Shown here: in pieces, positions 21,968-32,292 of the stretch
How positions within the stretch are numbered: position 1 is the stretch's first letter
How the letters are laid out: every line of letters begins with the position of its first letter
Assembly: GCA_040768745.1 (NCBI GenBank)
Contig: JAXGMI010000002.1
Coordinates: 416,001 to 480,000, forward strand
Length of the DNA: 64,000 nt
Origin: Desulfomicrobium sp.
GTDB taxonomy: Bacteria > Desulfobacterota > Desulfovibrionia > Desulfovibrionales > Desulfomicrobiaceae
Direction: 5' to 3'
Notes under the pieces: generated by a model
What the model saw: the letters and a program-made list of their open reading frames with translations, nothing else
What the model was told of the DNA's origin: nothing
The model's database searches: none
Position numbers and translations under genes: made by a program

Positions 21968-22846
21968 CTAGCGCATCCCGTTCACATGCTTCAAGGCCCT
22001 GTACAGGGCCTGGGTCCCCATATTTTCCAGTCCCTGGGCCATGGCCGCCACATACAACTGCTCCACCAGGGCCAACCCAGGCAGGGCAATCCCCATTCTC
22101 CTGGCCTCGGCCAGGGCAATACCCATGTCTTTGACGAAGTGCTTGATGAAGAATCCCGGGTTGTAGTCGTCCTTGGCAATGCGCCGCCCCAGGTTGTTGA
22201 TGGACCACGACCCGGCCGCCCCGCTGCCGATGACATCGATGACGGCGTCCATGTCCAGGCCGGAACGCACGGCGTAGAGCAACGATTCCACCACTCCGAC
22301 CATGGTCCCGGCGATGAGGATCTGGTTGCTCATCTTCGTATGCTGGCCTGCTCCGGCCTGACCCATAAGGCGGACGTTCTTCCCCATTTTCTCAAACAGA
22401 GGCAACGTCCGGTCAAAGGCGTCTTCGTCTCCGCCAGCCATGATGGCCAGGGTGGCGTTGCGGGCTCCCAGATCGCCGCCGGAAACCGGCGCATCCAGGG
22501 AGAACACACCCCGTTTCCGGGCCGCGGCATAGATTTCCCGGGCCAAGGACGGCTCCGATGTGGTCATGTCGATCACCACGCTTCCCGAAGCGGACTGGTC
22601 CAGAATTCCGCCTTGATCCAGGTACACGGATCGCACGTCCGCTGGGTAGCCGACAATGGTAAAGATAAATTCCGATCCCCTGGCCACGTCTCCGGGGCGC
22701 TCGCACCACTCTGCTCCGACAGCGAGGACACTTTGCGCCGAGGACTTTGTGCGGGTGTGCACCTTGACCGAATGCCCGGCCTGCAAAAGATGACCGCACA
22801 TGGAACGTCCCATCACTCCGATACCAACCCAGCCTATGCTGCTCAT
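21968..22846 (-). CDS. NAD(P)-dependent 3-hydroxyacid dehydrogenase (3-hydroxyisobutyrate/tartronate semialdehyde family)
   Basis: GWVGIGVMG, DAPVSGG, GAGQHTKMSNQ, FVKDMGIAL. Confidence 0.9.
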   Translation of the reverse strand: MSSIGWVGIGVMGRSMCGHLLQAGHSVKVHTRTKSSAQSVLAVGAEWCERPGDVARGSEFIFTIVGYPADVRSVYLDQGGILDQSASGSVVIDMTTSEPSLAREIYAAARKRGVFSLDAPVSGGDLGARNATLAIMAGGDEDAFDRTLPLFEKMGKNVRLMGQAGAGQHTKMSNQILIAGTMVGVVESLLYAVRSGLDMDAVIDVIGSGAAGSWSINNLGRRIAKDDYNPGFFIKHFVKDMGIALAEARRMGIALPGLALVEQLYVAAMAQGLENMGTQALYRALKHVNGMR

Positions 22847-23040
22847 GATTCCTCCGATTTTTCCCAACTGCGCTCAATGCAGGCAAAAATCTCGATTTGT
22901 CTTCCGGGCCTGTGTCGAAAAAGTCTGAAAAATTGCAGTAAGAAAATTGATTTCAACATATTACAAAAAAAATTGCCAAATCCGCCTGACATGCTTATAT
23001 TGAAGAACTGTGTTTTGAAGCTCCATAAAAAGAGGTTGCC

Positions 23041-23358
23041 ATGATCTGCCAAAAATGCGGATGCGAAAGTGTCGCTGAAGAATCCATATCCTACCAGATG
23101 GAATGTCGAAACCATTTGTTTTGTTTCGAGGATGTTCCTGCCCCCAAATGCCCTGAATGCGGGCATGTGATCATCACCGAAGAAGCCATGGGCGTCATGC
23201 TGACCAAGGTCGAGCAACTGTCCCAGAAAGCCACAATTTCATATCATAGATGTCGATGGCCCAAAGCACAACTCCTGGAGGATCAATCCGCCTTGGGAGC
23301 ATCTGTGCAGGCCGCTGCCGAACTTGTGGAATCCCTTAACAAGAGCATGCGCAAATAG
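23041..23358 (+). CDS. YgiT/MqsA-type zinc finger protein
   Basis: MICQKCG...EDVPAPKCPECGH; GAGG RBS. Confidence 0.7.
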   Translation: MICQKCGCESVAEESISYQMECRNHLFCFEDVPAPKCPECGHVIITEEAMGVMLTKVEQLSQKATISYHRCRWPKAQLLEDQSALGASVQAAAELVESLNKSMRK

Positions 23359-23510
23359 CGAACGGGCATGTACAGAATGAAAAGCCGCTGCCTGCTGCTT
23401 TTCGTGCCGGGCTGGGCTCAAAAACGGCCAGGAAGGTCAGGGTGGCCCAAAAGCTGCTATGAACTGGACTGGCATCCTTTTCAGCCAGGTTTTTGACATG
23501 GAGACACCCC

Positions 23511-24419
23511 ATGAGCCTTCTTGACCGCATGCAACTGATGACCACCATGGGCACCGCACCCGAGCGCCAGTACCGTATGGCGGATCCGGTTTCACCGAAG
23601 GACGCGGGATTCGCGCAGGAAATGAACGTCGCCCTGCACGCGGCTGCGCGTACGTTGAACGCGGAAGCGGGCGGATCGGTCCTGGAAAACGCCCTCATGC
23701 ACAACGCCCTGAACGGCCTGGCCTCCCTCTTGCCCCAGCGTTCCAGGCGATCCACCGCCAGAGACGCCTCGACCACACCAGATCACGAAGGCATTGGCGC
23801 CCTGTCGGCGAGATTCGAGTCTGGTGCGGGGGGAGTGGGCGCCATAGGCTACGACAGGAACGGCGGCACGTCTTACGGGACCTATCAAATTGCCTCCAAG
23901 CCAGGAACCATGAGCCGGTTCATCGAATATCTGGAGGAAAAAGCCCCGGAATGGGCTTCAGCGCTCAAATCCGCTGGCCCGGCCAATACTGGATCAACCC
24001 AGGGGGGCATGCCTGCGGCCTGGAAGAAGATTGCAGACCGCGCTCCTGAACAATTCGAGCGCATGCAACGGGAATTCATTGCCGAGACGCATTACGAGCC
24101 TGCTCGCGACAAGATTTTGGCAAATACCGGGGTGGATGTGAACACTCTTCCGGCCGCGGTGCAGGAGGCCTTGTGGAGCACTGCGGTACAGCACGGCGCG
24201 GCTGGTGCGGCAGGCATTTTCAGCCGGGCCATATCAGCAGCAGGGAACAAAGCCCATGGAACCCCGTTCGCCCAGAAGTTGATCGACCTGGTTTACGAGG
24301 ACAGGAAACGCAACTTTGCCTCGTCCACGGCCGCGGTGCAGAGCAGCGTGCGGGGTCGGATGAACATTGAAAGGGACATGGCCTTGGCCATATTGAACAG
24401 GAACGAAAGCTCGGCCTGA
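23511..24419 (+). CDS. Lysozyme-like protein with VgrG3-like C-terminal muramidase domain
   Basis: GALSARFESG...GYDRNGGTSYGTYQIASKPGTM...LWSTAVQHG. Confidence 0.7.
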   Translation: MSLLDRMQLMTTMGTAPERQYRMADPVSPKDAGFAQEMNVALHAAARTLNAEAGGSVLENALMHNALNGLASLLPQRSRRSTARDASTTPDHEGIGALSARFESGAGGVGAIGYDRNGGTSYGTYQIASKPGTMSRFIEYLEEKAPEWASALKSAGPANTGSTQGGMPAAWKKIADRAPEQFERMQREFIAETHYEPARDKILANTGVDVNTLPAAVQEALWSTAVQHGAAGAAGIFSRAISAAGNKAHGTPFAQKLIDLVYEDRKRNFASSTAAVQSSVRGRMNIERDMALAILNRNESSA

Positions 24420-24459
24420 TCCCTGGGCAGGACCTGAAATGCCGGACCAGGGGCATCCG

Positions 24460-25434
24460 CTATTCCCCCTTGCTGCTCACGATCTGCTTGTAGGTTTCCA
24501 GAAGTTCCACAAAGGCGTCATGGTCCCCACCTTTGTCCGGATGCATGGACATGGCCTTCCTGCGGAAAATCCGGGCGAATTCCCGACGGGACAGGGCCCG
24601 GATCTGACCCATGCTCAGGCCGAAAAGCGCATGCACCCGCTCCGGGGTCACGGGCTTCGCCCTGGGCTTGTGACGCCTGAAATCATTCATAAAATTCTGA
24701 AAGATGCGGGCAAACGTCGGATCAGGACCGAATGCGTGGTCATAGTGCATGATTGCGTACCGCCTGAGATAGACCCGGGCCGCACCTTCATGTCCGCCCC
24801 ATATTTCTGAGTTCTTCTCCAGAGCGCAGTATTCACACAGAAAGGCCTCGTCCACGAGTCTTTCCTCCAGGGCCTCGGGCATGATCCTGGCCGAAAGCGA
24901 CGCAAAGTGTCGTTGCAGGTTGAAAACCGCGTACACATAGGTGCGCGCCTCGTGCACGGGAAGCTCCCGTTCCATGCGCAGAAACATCTGCTCCACCTCG
25001 TCCCGACATTTTCCGACCAGAATGCGGAAAAGCTTGGGATTGACCTCGTCAATGCGGCTCAAATTGACCTCCCCGGAACGCAGATACGCCATCCGCCGGC
25101 GGTCAAAAGCCGGAAGTTCCAGGATGAGCTGCTCCTGGGTAAGGGTCATTGTGGTCCGGGTCCATGGTCTGGGCCGCGCAGCGCGGGGCTCAAATCCCCT
25201 GGGCGCCAGGAACCCGAACACCTCATCCAGCTCGTCCATGTCCAGGTCATGGCAGGCCAGTGCTTCCAGAAGCTCCTCCGCATAGACGATGCCAAAGCGC
25301 GTGAACGCGACCAAGCGGGCCGGATCTCCCCCCAGATCGGCAAGCACCTCATAGTCCAGCCCTGACCCGCGGGAAACTGTCCTGCGCAGTTCATACCGCG
25401 TGCCCCTCGTCTCCTTCAATGCGGCTATGTACAT
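24460..25434 (-). CDS. Protein with C-terminal J (DnaJ) domain
   Basis: FRRKAMSMHPDKGGDHDAFVEL. Confidence 0.75.
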   Translation of the reverse strand: MYIAALKETRGTRYELRRTVSRGSGLDYEVLADLGGDPARLVAFTRFGIVYAEELLEALACHDLDMDELDEVFGFLAPRGFEPRAARPRPWTRTTMTLTQEQLILELPAFDRRRMAYLRSGEVNLSRIDEVNPKLFRILVGKCRDEVEQMFLRMERELPVHEARTYVYAVFNLQRHFASLSARIMPEALEERLVDEAFLCEYCALEKNSEIWGGHEGAARVYLRRYAIMHYDHAFGPDPTFARIFQNFMNDFRRHKPRAKPVTPERVHALFGLSMGQIRALSRREFARIFRRKAMSMHPDKGGDHDAFVELLETYKQIVSSKGE

Positions 25435-26417
25435 GCGTCCACCCGCCAGTTCAGAGGTTTGCCGGCCAGATAGGGCACCACGGTGCCGATTCGGCGCGGC
25501 ACGGTCCAGGTTTCGCGCACCAGGCGCACTTCCTTGCGCGGAGGGCGCAGGCCGTAGGCAGCGCAGGCCTGGTCCGAAACAAACCCCTGCAGACGGTCCA
25601 AGGCCTTGTGCTGCTCGAAAAAATCGGCCAGGGCGGGCAGGGCCACGGGTGCGGAAAAAATTCCCGCCGCGCAGCCTGGCGCCTCCTTTGCCTCGACAGG
25701 GTGGGGCGCCGTGTCGCTGCCGAAGAAGACCTTGGGGTGAGCAAGTGCCGCTTGCTGCAAGGCGTCCCGGTCCTCGGGGCGCTTGGCGATGGGCTTGCAG
25801 AAAAGGTGGGGCTGCATGAGCCCTCCCAGCACGTCGTCCAGGGTCAGCAGCAGGTGGTGCAGGGTGATGGTGGCGTACATCCGGTCGACCCTGTCCAGCA
25901 GGGTTACGGCCTGGCGGGTGGTGAGGTGCTCCAGGACGATGCGCAAGCGGGGAAAGTTGCGGGCCCAGCGTTCCGCGACAGGCAGGAACAAGGCCTCACG
26001 GTCCATGACGAACCCGCACGCCTCCCCATGCACGAGAAGGGGGATGTCCAGTTCCTCCATAAGCGCCAGGGTCGGTTCGGCCTGGTCCAGTTCGGCCACT
26101 CCGGTTTCGGAATGCGTCGTCATCCCGGAAGGGTAGAGCTTGACCCCCAGAATGTGCGGCTTGACGGCCTGCAGTTCCTGACGAGAAAACGGTCGGAAAA
26201 AAAGCGTCATCAGGGGCTCGAAAACATGTCCGGCCACAGCGGCCAGGATTGACTCACGGTAGGAGAGGACCTGCTCTGCATCGGTCACCGGCGTGGTCAG
26301 GTTGGGCATGGCCACTGCTGCGGCAAAATCACGGGCCGTATACGGGGCCACCAGGGAGAGCATCGGGCCCTGGCGCAGATGAACATGCATGTCGACAGGG
26401 GAATGCAGGATGAGCAT
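25425..26417 (-). CDS. pyrC: Dihydroorotase (homodimeric, E. coli type)
   Basis: DMHVHLR, MPNL, KLYP..TT.S, LVHGE, EHLTT, FCKPIAK, GSDTAPH. Confidence 0.92.
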   Translation of the reverse strand: MLILHSPVDMHVHLRQGPMLSLVAPYTARDFAAAVAMPNLTTPVTDAEQVLSYRESILAAVAGHVFEPLMTLFFRPFSRQELQAVKPHILGVKLYPSGMTTHSETGVAELDQAEPTLALMEELDIPLLVHGEACGFVMDREALFLPVAERWARNFPRLRIVLEHLTTRQAVTLLDRVDRMYATITLHHLLLTLDDVLGGLMQPHLFCKPIAKRPEDRDALQQAALAHPKVFFGSDTAPHPVEAKEAPGCAAGIFSAPVALPALADFFEQHKALDRLQGFVSDQACAAYGLRPPRKEVRLVRETWTVPRRIGTVVPYLAGKPLNWRVDACT

Positions 26418-26434
26418 GAAACCTCCTGAACACC

Positions 26435-26878
26435 TCAATTAGGTCCGGAAACAAGATAGGCAAGGGCCGCGTAGCGAGCCAGCTTGCCCAGCAGGACTGG
26501 GGGGAGAAACGCGGTCAGGGGCAGGCCGAGAAGTCCGGCTATGGCGCAAAGAGGGTCGCCGATGACCGGAACCCAGGCCAGGAAGAGGCTCCACGGACCG
26601 TAACGGCCGAAGATGCGTTTGGCCCGGTCCCGATCCTGTGCGGACAGGCGCAGCAGCCTGGCCAGAAAGGCTTCGCTCCCCCACCGCCCCAGTGCCCAGG
26701 TGGTCACCGCCCCCAGAGTATTGCCCGCCGTGGCCACCGCCACGCAAAGCATGGGCTCCCCTCCTGCCAGGATCAAGGCCGCCAGGCCCGCTTCGGACGC
26801 CGCGGGAAAAAACGAGGCCGCCACGAAGGACAACCCGAAAAGGCCGTGCAGGCCGTACTCCAAAAAAAATTGTTCCAC
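26435..26878 (-). CDS. YqaA/DedA-family membrane protein
   Basis: SFVAASFFPAASE, ATAGNTLG, LAWVPVIGDPL, GKLARY; GTG start inferred. Confidence 0.85.
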   Translation of the reverse strand: MEQFFLEYGLHGLFGLSFVAASFFPAASEAGLAALILAGGEPMLCVAVATAGNTLGAVTTWALGRWGSEAFLARLLRLSAQDRDRAKRIFGRYGPWSLFLAWVPVIGDPLCAIAGLLGLPLTAFLPPVLLGKLARYAALAYLVSGPN

Positions 26879-26882
26879 TGAC

Positions 26883-27911
26883 TCAGGCGGTAAACAGGAA
26901 GGCGTTGGGGGTCGAAGCCACTTGCGGAAACCTGGACAGGATCCGCCACGCATTGTCGGCCATGGCCTCCCGCGTGTGCCCCCGGACCAGCTCCGGCCAG
27001 AGGCTGTGGCCGTGGACAAAGTTGGCCGCCAGATAGACCGCGTATTTTTTGTACAGCTTGATGGCCCGCGTTGGCTCGAACCAGTGCCAGATGCGTTCGA
27101 TCATGGCCAGGGCGGTGCGCAGATAGATGCCCTGGTCCGGAACGAATCCGGCGGTCAGCTCGGCAAATATCCACGGCCGGGCAACGGCCATGCGGCCGAT
27201 GGACACCCCGGCGCACCCGGTCTCGCAAAGCATGCGGCTGCAGTGGGCGGCGGAAAAGACGTCCCCATTGCCCAGAACCGGGATGGACACCGCCTCGACC
27301 ACGGCCCGGATATGCTCCTGTCTGGGCGGCCTGGACCGGCGGTCCGGGGCCACGCGCGGATGGAAGGTCAGCAGGTCAGCGCCTGCCTCCTCGAAGCGCT
27401 GGGCCAAATCCACCGCCAAGTCGGGCGAATTTCCCCACCCGCTGCGGAACTTGACCATTACCGGACAGCCAACGGCCTGGCGCACGGCGCGGACAATGGC
27501 CACGGCCCGCTGGGGATCCCTCAGCAGGGCCGCGCCATATCCCCTCTTGCAGATGGCGGCCACGGAACAGCCCATGTTGATGTCCACCCCCATGAAGCCT
27601 TCGGCCTCGATCCTGCTCGCGGCCCGGGCCATGGACTGCGGCTCGCCCCCGAAAATCTGGCAGACCAGTCGTCCGGCCTCCTCGTCCCGCCAGCGAAAGA
27701 CCGCGGAAGAGTGCCTGTTCTCAGACGGGACGGCCAGGGCGTTGCACATTTCCGTGACCATGAACCCAAATCCCCCGAACCCGGCCAGGACCTCCCTGAA
27801 CGCCACATGACCAAGCCCGGCCATGGGGGCCAGCACCAGCCGGGAGTCAAGTTCCCTCCTGCCTACAGGCAAGACAGCGGAAAGCATGGTTCGAAGGGCG
27901 TGGGGGTGCAT
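26883..27911 (-). CDS. tRNA-dihydrouridine synthase family protein
   Basis: LAPMAG, QIFGG, DINMGC, VKFRSGW, GNGDV, SIGR. Confidence 0.9.
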   Translation of the reverse strand: MHPHALRTMLSAVLPVGRRELDSRLVLAPMAGLGHVAFREVLAGFGGFGFMVTEMCNALAVPSENRHSSAVFRWRDEEAGRLVCQIFGGEPQSMARAASRIEAEGFMGVDINMGCSVAAICKRGYGAALLRDPQRAVAIVRAVRQAVGCPVMVKFRSGWGNSPDLAVDLAQRFEEAGADLLTFHPRVAPDRRSRPPRQEHIRAVVEAVSIPVLGNGDVFSAAHCSRMLCETGCAGVSIGRMAVARPWIFAELTAGFVPDQGIYLRTALAMIERIWHWFEPTRAIKLYKKYAVYLAANFVHGHSLWPELVRGHTREAMADNAWRILSRFPQVASTPNAFLFTA

Positions 27912-28011
27912 GAAACTACCTGGCGCAGTCGCGGGATAAAGACAAAAACCGGGGCCGTTTCGCGGCAACGCGCACGGCACCTGCGCAGGGGAGTCGACCA
28001 CCCCCCCTTGG

Positions 28012-29298
28012 TCAGCGGTCCTTCATGAGGACGTAGTCCCGTATGTTCGGTCCAACATAGACTTGCCGCGGACGATGAATGCGCGTGCTCTCTTCCATGT
28101 GCTGTTCATGCCAGTGGGCGATCCAACCAGGCATGCGGCCCATGGCGAACATGACCGGGAACATGTTCACCGGAATGTTCAGTGCGCGCAGGATGAGTCC
28201 GGAATAGAAGTCCACATTGGGGTAGAGCCTGCGGGAGAGGAAAAACTCGTCCTTCAGGGCGATCTCCTCCAGTTCCTGGGCAATGTCCAACAGCCGGTCA
28301 TTGATTCTGAGGGAATTCAGGAGCTCGGTGGCGCATTCCTTCAGGACCTTGGCCCGGGGATCGAAATTCTTGTACACCCGGTGGCCGAAACCCATGAGCC
28401 GGAACTCCTTCTTCTTCACCTTCTCGATACAGTCCTTGACGGTGAAATCCCCTTCCCGGATGTGCTGGAGCATGTGCACCACGGCGGAGTTGGCGCCCCC
28501 ATGCAGCCGTCCCCACAGCGCGCAGATGCCGGCAGAAACCGAGGCGAAAAGGTTGGCTTCGGAGGATCCAACCATGCGCACCGTGGAGCAGGAGCAATTC
28601 TGCTCGTGGTCAGCATGGACCAGCAGGAAGAGATCCAGCGCCTTCTGGGCCTCGGGCGAAGGCACGTGCTCCTTGTAAGGCACGGTGAACATCATGTGCA
28701 GGAAATTCTCACAGTAGGAACGGCTCGGATCCGGATAGATGATGGGACGGCCCATGGACTTGCGGTAGCTGAAAGCCGCGATGGTCCTCACCTTGCTCAT
28801 CAGTTTGGCCACGGCCTGCCGGAATTCCTCCACGGTCTCGATCTGCAGCAGGTCCGGATGATAGGCCCCCAGGGAATTGATGACCGCCGAGAGAATGGCC
28901 ATGGGATGCCCGTGGGGCGGGAAGCCCTCGAAGTGGTGCATGAGATCCTCATGCAGAAGGGCCTGATCTCCGAGCATGGTCCGGAAGGCCTCGCGCTCTT
29001 CCCTGGAAGGGAGTTCCCCGAAAACCAGCAGCATGGCTGTTTCCACGAAGGAACTGAATTTGGCCAGCTGTTCGATGGGGTAGCCGCGATAGCGCAGGAT
29101 TCCTTTTTCCCCGTCCACAAAACTGATGGCGCTGTAACACGCCCCTGTATTGGCGTAGCCCGGATCGAACGTGATCACCCCGGCCTGGCTGCGCAGGTTG
29201 CTCACGTCCAGGGCCACCTCGTCCTCCGTACCCCGGAGCACAGGCAACTCGTATGTCTGCCCGTCGATGATCAACGTGGCCGTTTCGGATTTATGCAT
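28012..29298 (-). CDS. gltA: (Si)-citrate synthase
   Basis: DPGYANT, LRYRGYPIEQL, HADHEQNCS, LHGGAN, GFGHRVYK, YPNVDFYSG. Confidence 0.96.
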   Translation of the reverse strand: MHKSETATLIIDGQTYELPVLRGTEDEVALDVSNLRSQAGVITFDPGYANTGACYSAISFVDGEKGILRYRGYPIEQLAKFSSFVETAMLLVFGELPSREEREAFRTMLGDQALLHEDLMHHFEGFPPHGHPMAILSAVINSLGAYHPDLLQIETVEEFRQAVAKLMSKVRTIAAFSYRKSMGRPIIYPDPSRSYCENFLHMMFTVPYKEHVPSPEAQKALDLFLLVHADHEQNCSCSTVRMVGSSEANLFASVSAGICALWGRLHGGANSAVVHMLQHIREGDFTVKDCIEKVKKKEFRLMGFGHRVYKNFDPRAKVLKECATELLNSLRINDRLLDIAQELEEIALKDEFFLSRRLYPNVDFYSGLILRALNIPVNMFPVMFAMGRMPGWIAHWHEQHMEESTRIHRPRQVYVGPNIRDYVLMKDR

Positions 29299-29430
29299 AG
29301 ATTCTCCCCTTCCAGTTCACTCAGCTCAGGACAAAGGATTGCACTGGCCGTTCTCCCACAAACCTCAGGCCGACGATGCGGCACGCAGGCGTCTGCCGGA
29401 AGACCGCCGATGCACCAGACGCCAGGAACA

Positions 29431-32121
29431 TTACCGCCCGGGTTCCCACTCCCACAGGGACAGGCGCATTTCCACCAGCTCTTCCTCGTAGTTGTGGGTC
29501 ACGCTCAGCCCAAAACGTTTGGCCAGGCCGATCATGCCCTTGTTGCGGGGCATGGTCTGGCCTTCGAGGTAACGGGTTCCGCGACTTTTGCAGTAGCGGA
29601 TCATCTTCTCGAACAGAAGGGATCCAAGGGCAGTTCCTTTCATGTCCGAACGGACGATGATGGCGAATTCGGCCGAGGAATTGTCTGGCTTGGTCGATGT
29701 GCGCACCACGCCCAGGGTTTCGGGCGTGTCCCCCACCGTGCGCGTGGCGATGAAGGCCATTTCCCGGTCATAGTCGATCTGGGTGAACTTGGGCATGTCG
29801 CTCAACACAAAGTTCTGCACCAGCCCAAAGAAACGCAGGCGCAGGTCCTCCTCGGACAGGCTGTGGATGAAATTCAAATGGGCCACGGCGTCCTCGGGTC
29901 GGATGGGCCGCAGCAGGACCTGTTCGCCGGTTTTGAGGCGCACGCATTCCTCCAGCTCGCGCGGGTAGGGCCGGATGGCCAGACGCTCCGGACCGGTCCC
30001 GTGGGCAGGCTGGATCCAGATTCGGGCCCCCAGGGCCAACACCCCCTTGTCGTCGGCAAAGAGCGGATTCATTTCCAGGCCCACGATCTGGGGCACATCG
30101 ATGACCAGCTGGTTGACCTGGATCAAGGCCAGGCAGATGTCCTCGATGTCGGCGCCGGCATGCCGCTTGGAGCCTGCCAGCAGTTTGGAGATGCGCGTGC
30201 GGAAGATGAGTTCCCTGGCCAACCCCATGTTCAGGGGCGGCAAGGCCACGGCCTCGTCCTTGATGATCGGCGCGGCAACTCCGCCATGCCCGAAGCGCAG
30301 CATGGGCCCAAACGTTTTGTCCGTGAAGACGGAAATAAAGAGTTCGTGGGCCCCGGGACGACGCCCCATCTTCTGCACCGTGAAACCCTCGATGTAGGCG
30401 TTGGGCACCTGGGAGTGGACGCGGGCAGACATGTTGGCCGCTGCTTCGAAAACCAGGTCCGGCGTGGTCAAGTCCAGGGCCACACCACCTATGTCGAAGG
30501 GGTGGACGATCTGCGGGGATCTGATCTTGAGGGCCACGGGAAAGCCGATTTCCGAGGCCGCATCCACGGCCTGCATGGCCGATCTGCAGATTCTGGTTTC
30601 CACGACCGGCACGCCATAGGACTCCAGAACCTGACGGGCCTCCTCTTCCGAAAGCATGGTCCGTCCCTGCTCCAGTGCGGCCTTGATCACCCCCTGGGCC
30701 CGGGTTGTGTCAGGAAAGAAATCCGCCGGCAGTGAGTCGGGCGTCTGCATGAGGATCTGTTGTGTCCGCTTGTAGCTCAGCATGTGCAGATAGGCCAGGA
30801 CAGCCCTTCCTGGCCGGTCAAAAATAGGGATGTTCGCCTCCTCGAAAATGTCCTTGGTCTCCCGCACCGTCTCCTCGCCCAGCCAGTTGGCCAGCACCAG
30901 ACAACGACTGGTCTTGGCCACCTGGCTGACGGACTGGGCGATCTCCAGGCTGGACGCGCCCTGAAACGGCACGTGCAGGATGAGCACACAGCCCACGTCC
31001 TTGGCCCGGACCAGAATGCCCAGCACCCGAGCGTACATGTCGGCCGTGGCGTTGTACGGCAGGGTGATGGGATTGTCCGAGCAGCGCTCCGGCCCCAGGA
31101 TTTCCTCCAGCTTAAGCTGGGTCTCCTCGGTGATGGTGGCCAGCTCCCCCCCGCCGCTGACCAGGGCATCGGCCGCCAAGAGGCCGATACTCTGGCCATT
31201 GCTCATGATGGCCAGGGTGTTGCCGCGCAACGGCTTGTAGTTGGCCAGGGTCCTGGCCCCCTCGAACAGGGAGTCGATGTCGTGCACGCGGACCATGCCG
31301 GCGCGGCGGAAGGCCGCGTCGTAGATAAGGTCCTGATCGGATTCCGTCAGTTCCGCCGCGGCGTCCCGCAGGCTGCACGGCAGACGGCGCGGCCGAATGA
31401 CCAGGATGGGCTTGTTGCGGGCGCTGGCCCGGGCCGCGGACATGAACCTCCGGGCGTCCTGAATGGTTTCCACGTAGAGGAGAATGGCTTTGGTGGCCGG
31501 GTCTGAGCCGAGATAGTCCAGCACCGAACTGAAATCCACATCCAGCTGACGGCCCAGGGAGACGCAAAGGGAAAAGCCGACACTGTTGGTCTTGGCCCAG
31601 TCCAGCACCGATTCGAACAGGCTGTCGGACTGGGTCACAAAGGCGATGCGTCCTTCCTTGGCCCCGAACCGCGACAAACTGGCATTGACCCCGGAAGAGG
31701 GAACGATCATGCCCACCCCCCCGGGACCCAGAACGCGGATCTGCTTTTCCCGGACCACGGCCCGGATCTTTTCCTCCACCTGTTCCCTCTCCTTGGAGTC
31801 CAGGTTGGAATATCCCCAGTGCATGATCATGGCCACGTGAGTGCCGTTGTCGGCCAGCTCGGCCAGCAGTTTCGGGGCATCGAAGACCGAGGAGCAGAGA
31901 ATGGCCATGTCCGGAGTCAATGGCAGGCTTTTCACGTCCACATAGGACAGGACCCCGAAGATCGCCTCCTGAGCCCCGGAAACGGGAAGGACAGGCCCCA
32001 AAAACTTTCCGCTCATGAGGTTGCGCATGAGGATGGCGCTGATGGATTCCGGATCGCGGGAAGCGCCGATTATGGCCAGGGAATTGGGTTTGAACAGCAG
32101 CTCAAGGTGCTTGACACTCAT
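29431..32121 (-). CDS. pat: Protein lysine acetyltransferase (Pat/YfiQ: NDP-forming acyl-CoA synthetase-like plus GNAT)
   Basis: LFKPNSLAIIGAS, ATP-grasp region, RLAIRPYPRELE, FTQIDYDREMAFIA GNAT domain. Confidence 0.88.
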   Translation of the reverse strand: MSVKHLELLFKPNSLAIIGASRDPESISAILMRNLMSGKFLGPVLPVSGAQEAIFGVLSYVDVKSLPLTPDMAILCSSVFDAPKLLAELADNGTHVAMIMHWGYSNLDSKEREQVEEKIRAVVREKQIRVLGPGGVGMIVPSSGVNASLSRFGAKEGRIAFVTQSDSLFESVLDWAKTNSVGFSLCVSLGRQLDVDFSSVLDYLGSDPATKAILLYVETIQDARRFMSAARASARNKPILVIRPRRLPCSLRDAAAELTESDQDLIYDAAFRRAGMVRVHDIDSLFEGARTLANYKPLRGNTLAIMSNGQSIGLLAADALVSGGGELATITEETQLKLEEILGPERCSDNPITLPYNATADMYARVLGILVRAKDVGCVLILHVPFQGASSLEIAQSVSQVAKTSRCLVLANWLGEETVRETKDIFEEANIPIFDRPGRAVLAYLHMLSYKRTQQILMQTPDSLPADFFPDTTRAQGVIKAALEQGRTMLSEEEARQVLESYGVPVVETRICRSAMQAVDAASEIGFPVALKIRSPQIVHPFDIGGVALDLTTPDLVFEAAANMSARVHSQVPNAYIEGFTVQKMGRRPGAHELFISVFTDKTFGPMLRFGHGGVAAPIIKDEAVALPPLNMGLARELIFRTRISKLLAGSKRHAGADIEDICLALIQVNQLVIDVPQIVGLEMNPLFADDKGVLALGARIWIQPAHGTGPERLAIRPYPRELEECVRLKTGEQVLLRPIRPEDAVAHLNFIHSLSEEDLRLRFFGLVQNFVLSDMPKFTQIDYDREMAFIATRTVGDTPETLGVVRTSTKPDNSSAEFAIIVRSDMKGTALGSLLFEKMIRYCKSRGTRYLEGQTMPRNKGMIGLAKRFGLSVTHNYEEELVEMRLSLWEWEPGR

Positions 32122-32292
32122 CGTCCGAAATACTCCGTTTACCGACGTGAAGCGGGCCGGGTGTCCGTTAACCGCCAATATCAGCCATTTACCAGAAAGG
32201 GGAGGAAAACAAAATGCATTTCTTCTACACCCCTTGGCAGGTCGAGTCTGCCGAGAACAGCAACACCCTTATTTTCATACCTAGGAGGAACC

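Noticed and set aside
28063..30735. 890-aa + strand ORF (similar long shadow ORFs at 20828..23044, 35444..37528, 60180..61958)
   Set aside because: Antisense or alternative-frame shadows of confident genes
31819..32292. N-terminal extension of acs in the ORF track
   Set aside because: Overlaps pat; strong AGGAGG RBS supports the start at 32293
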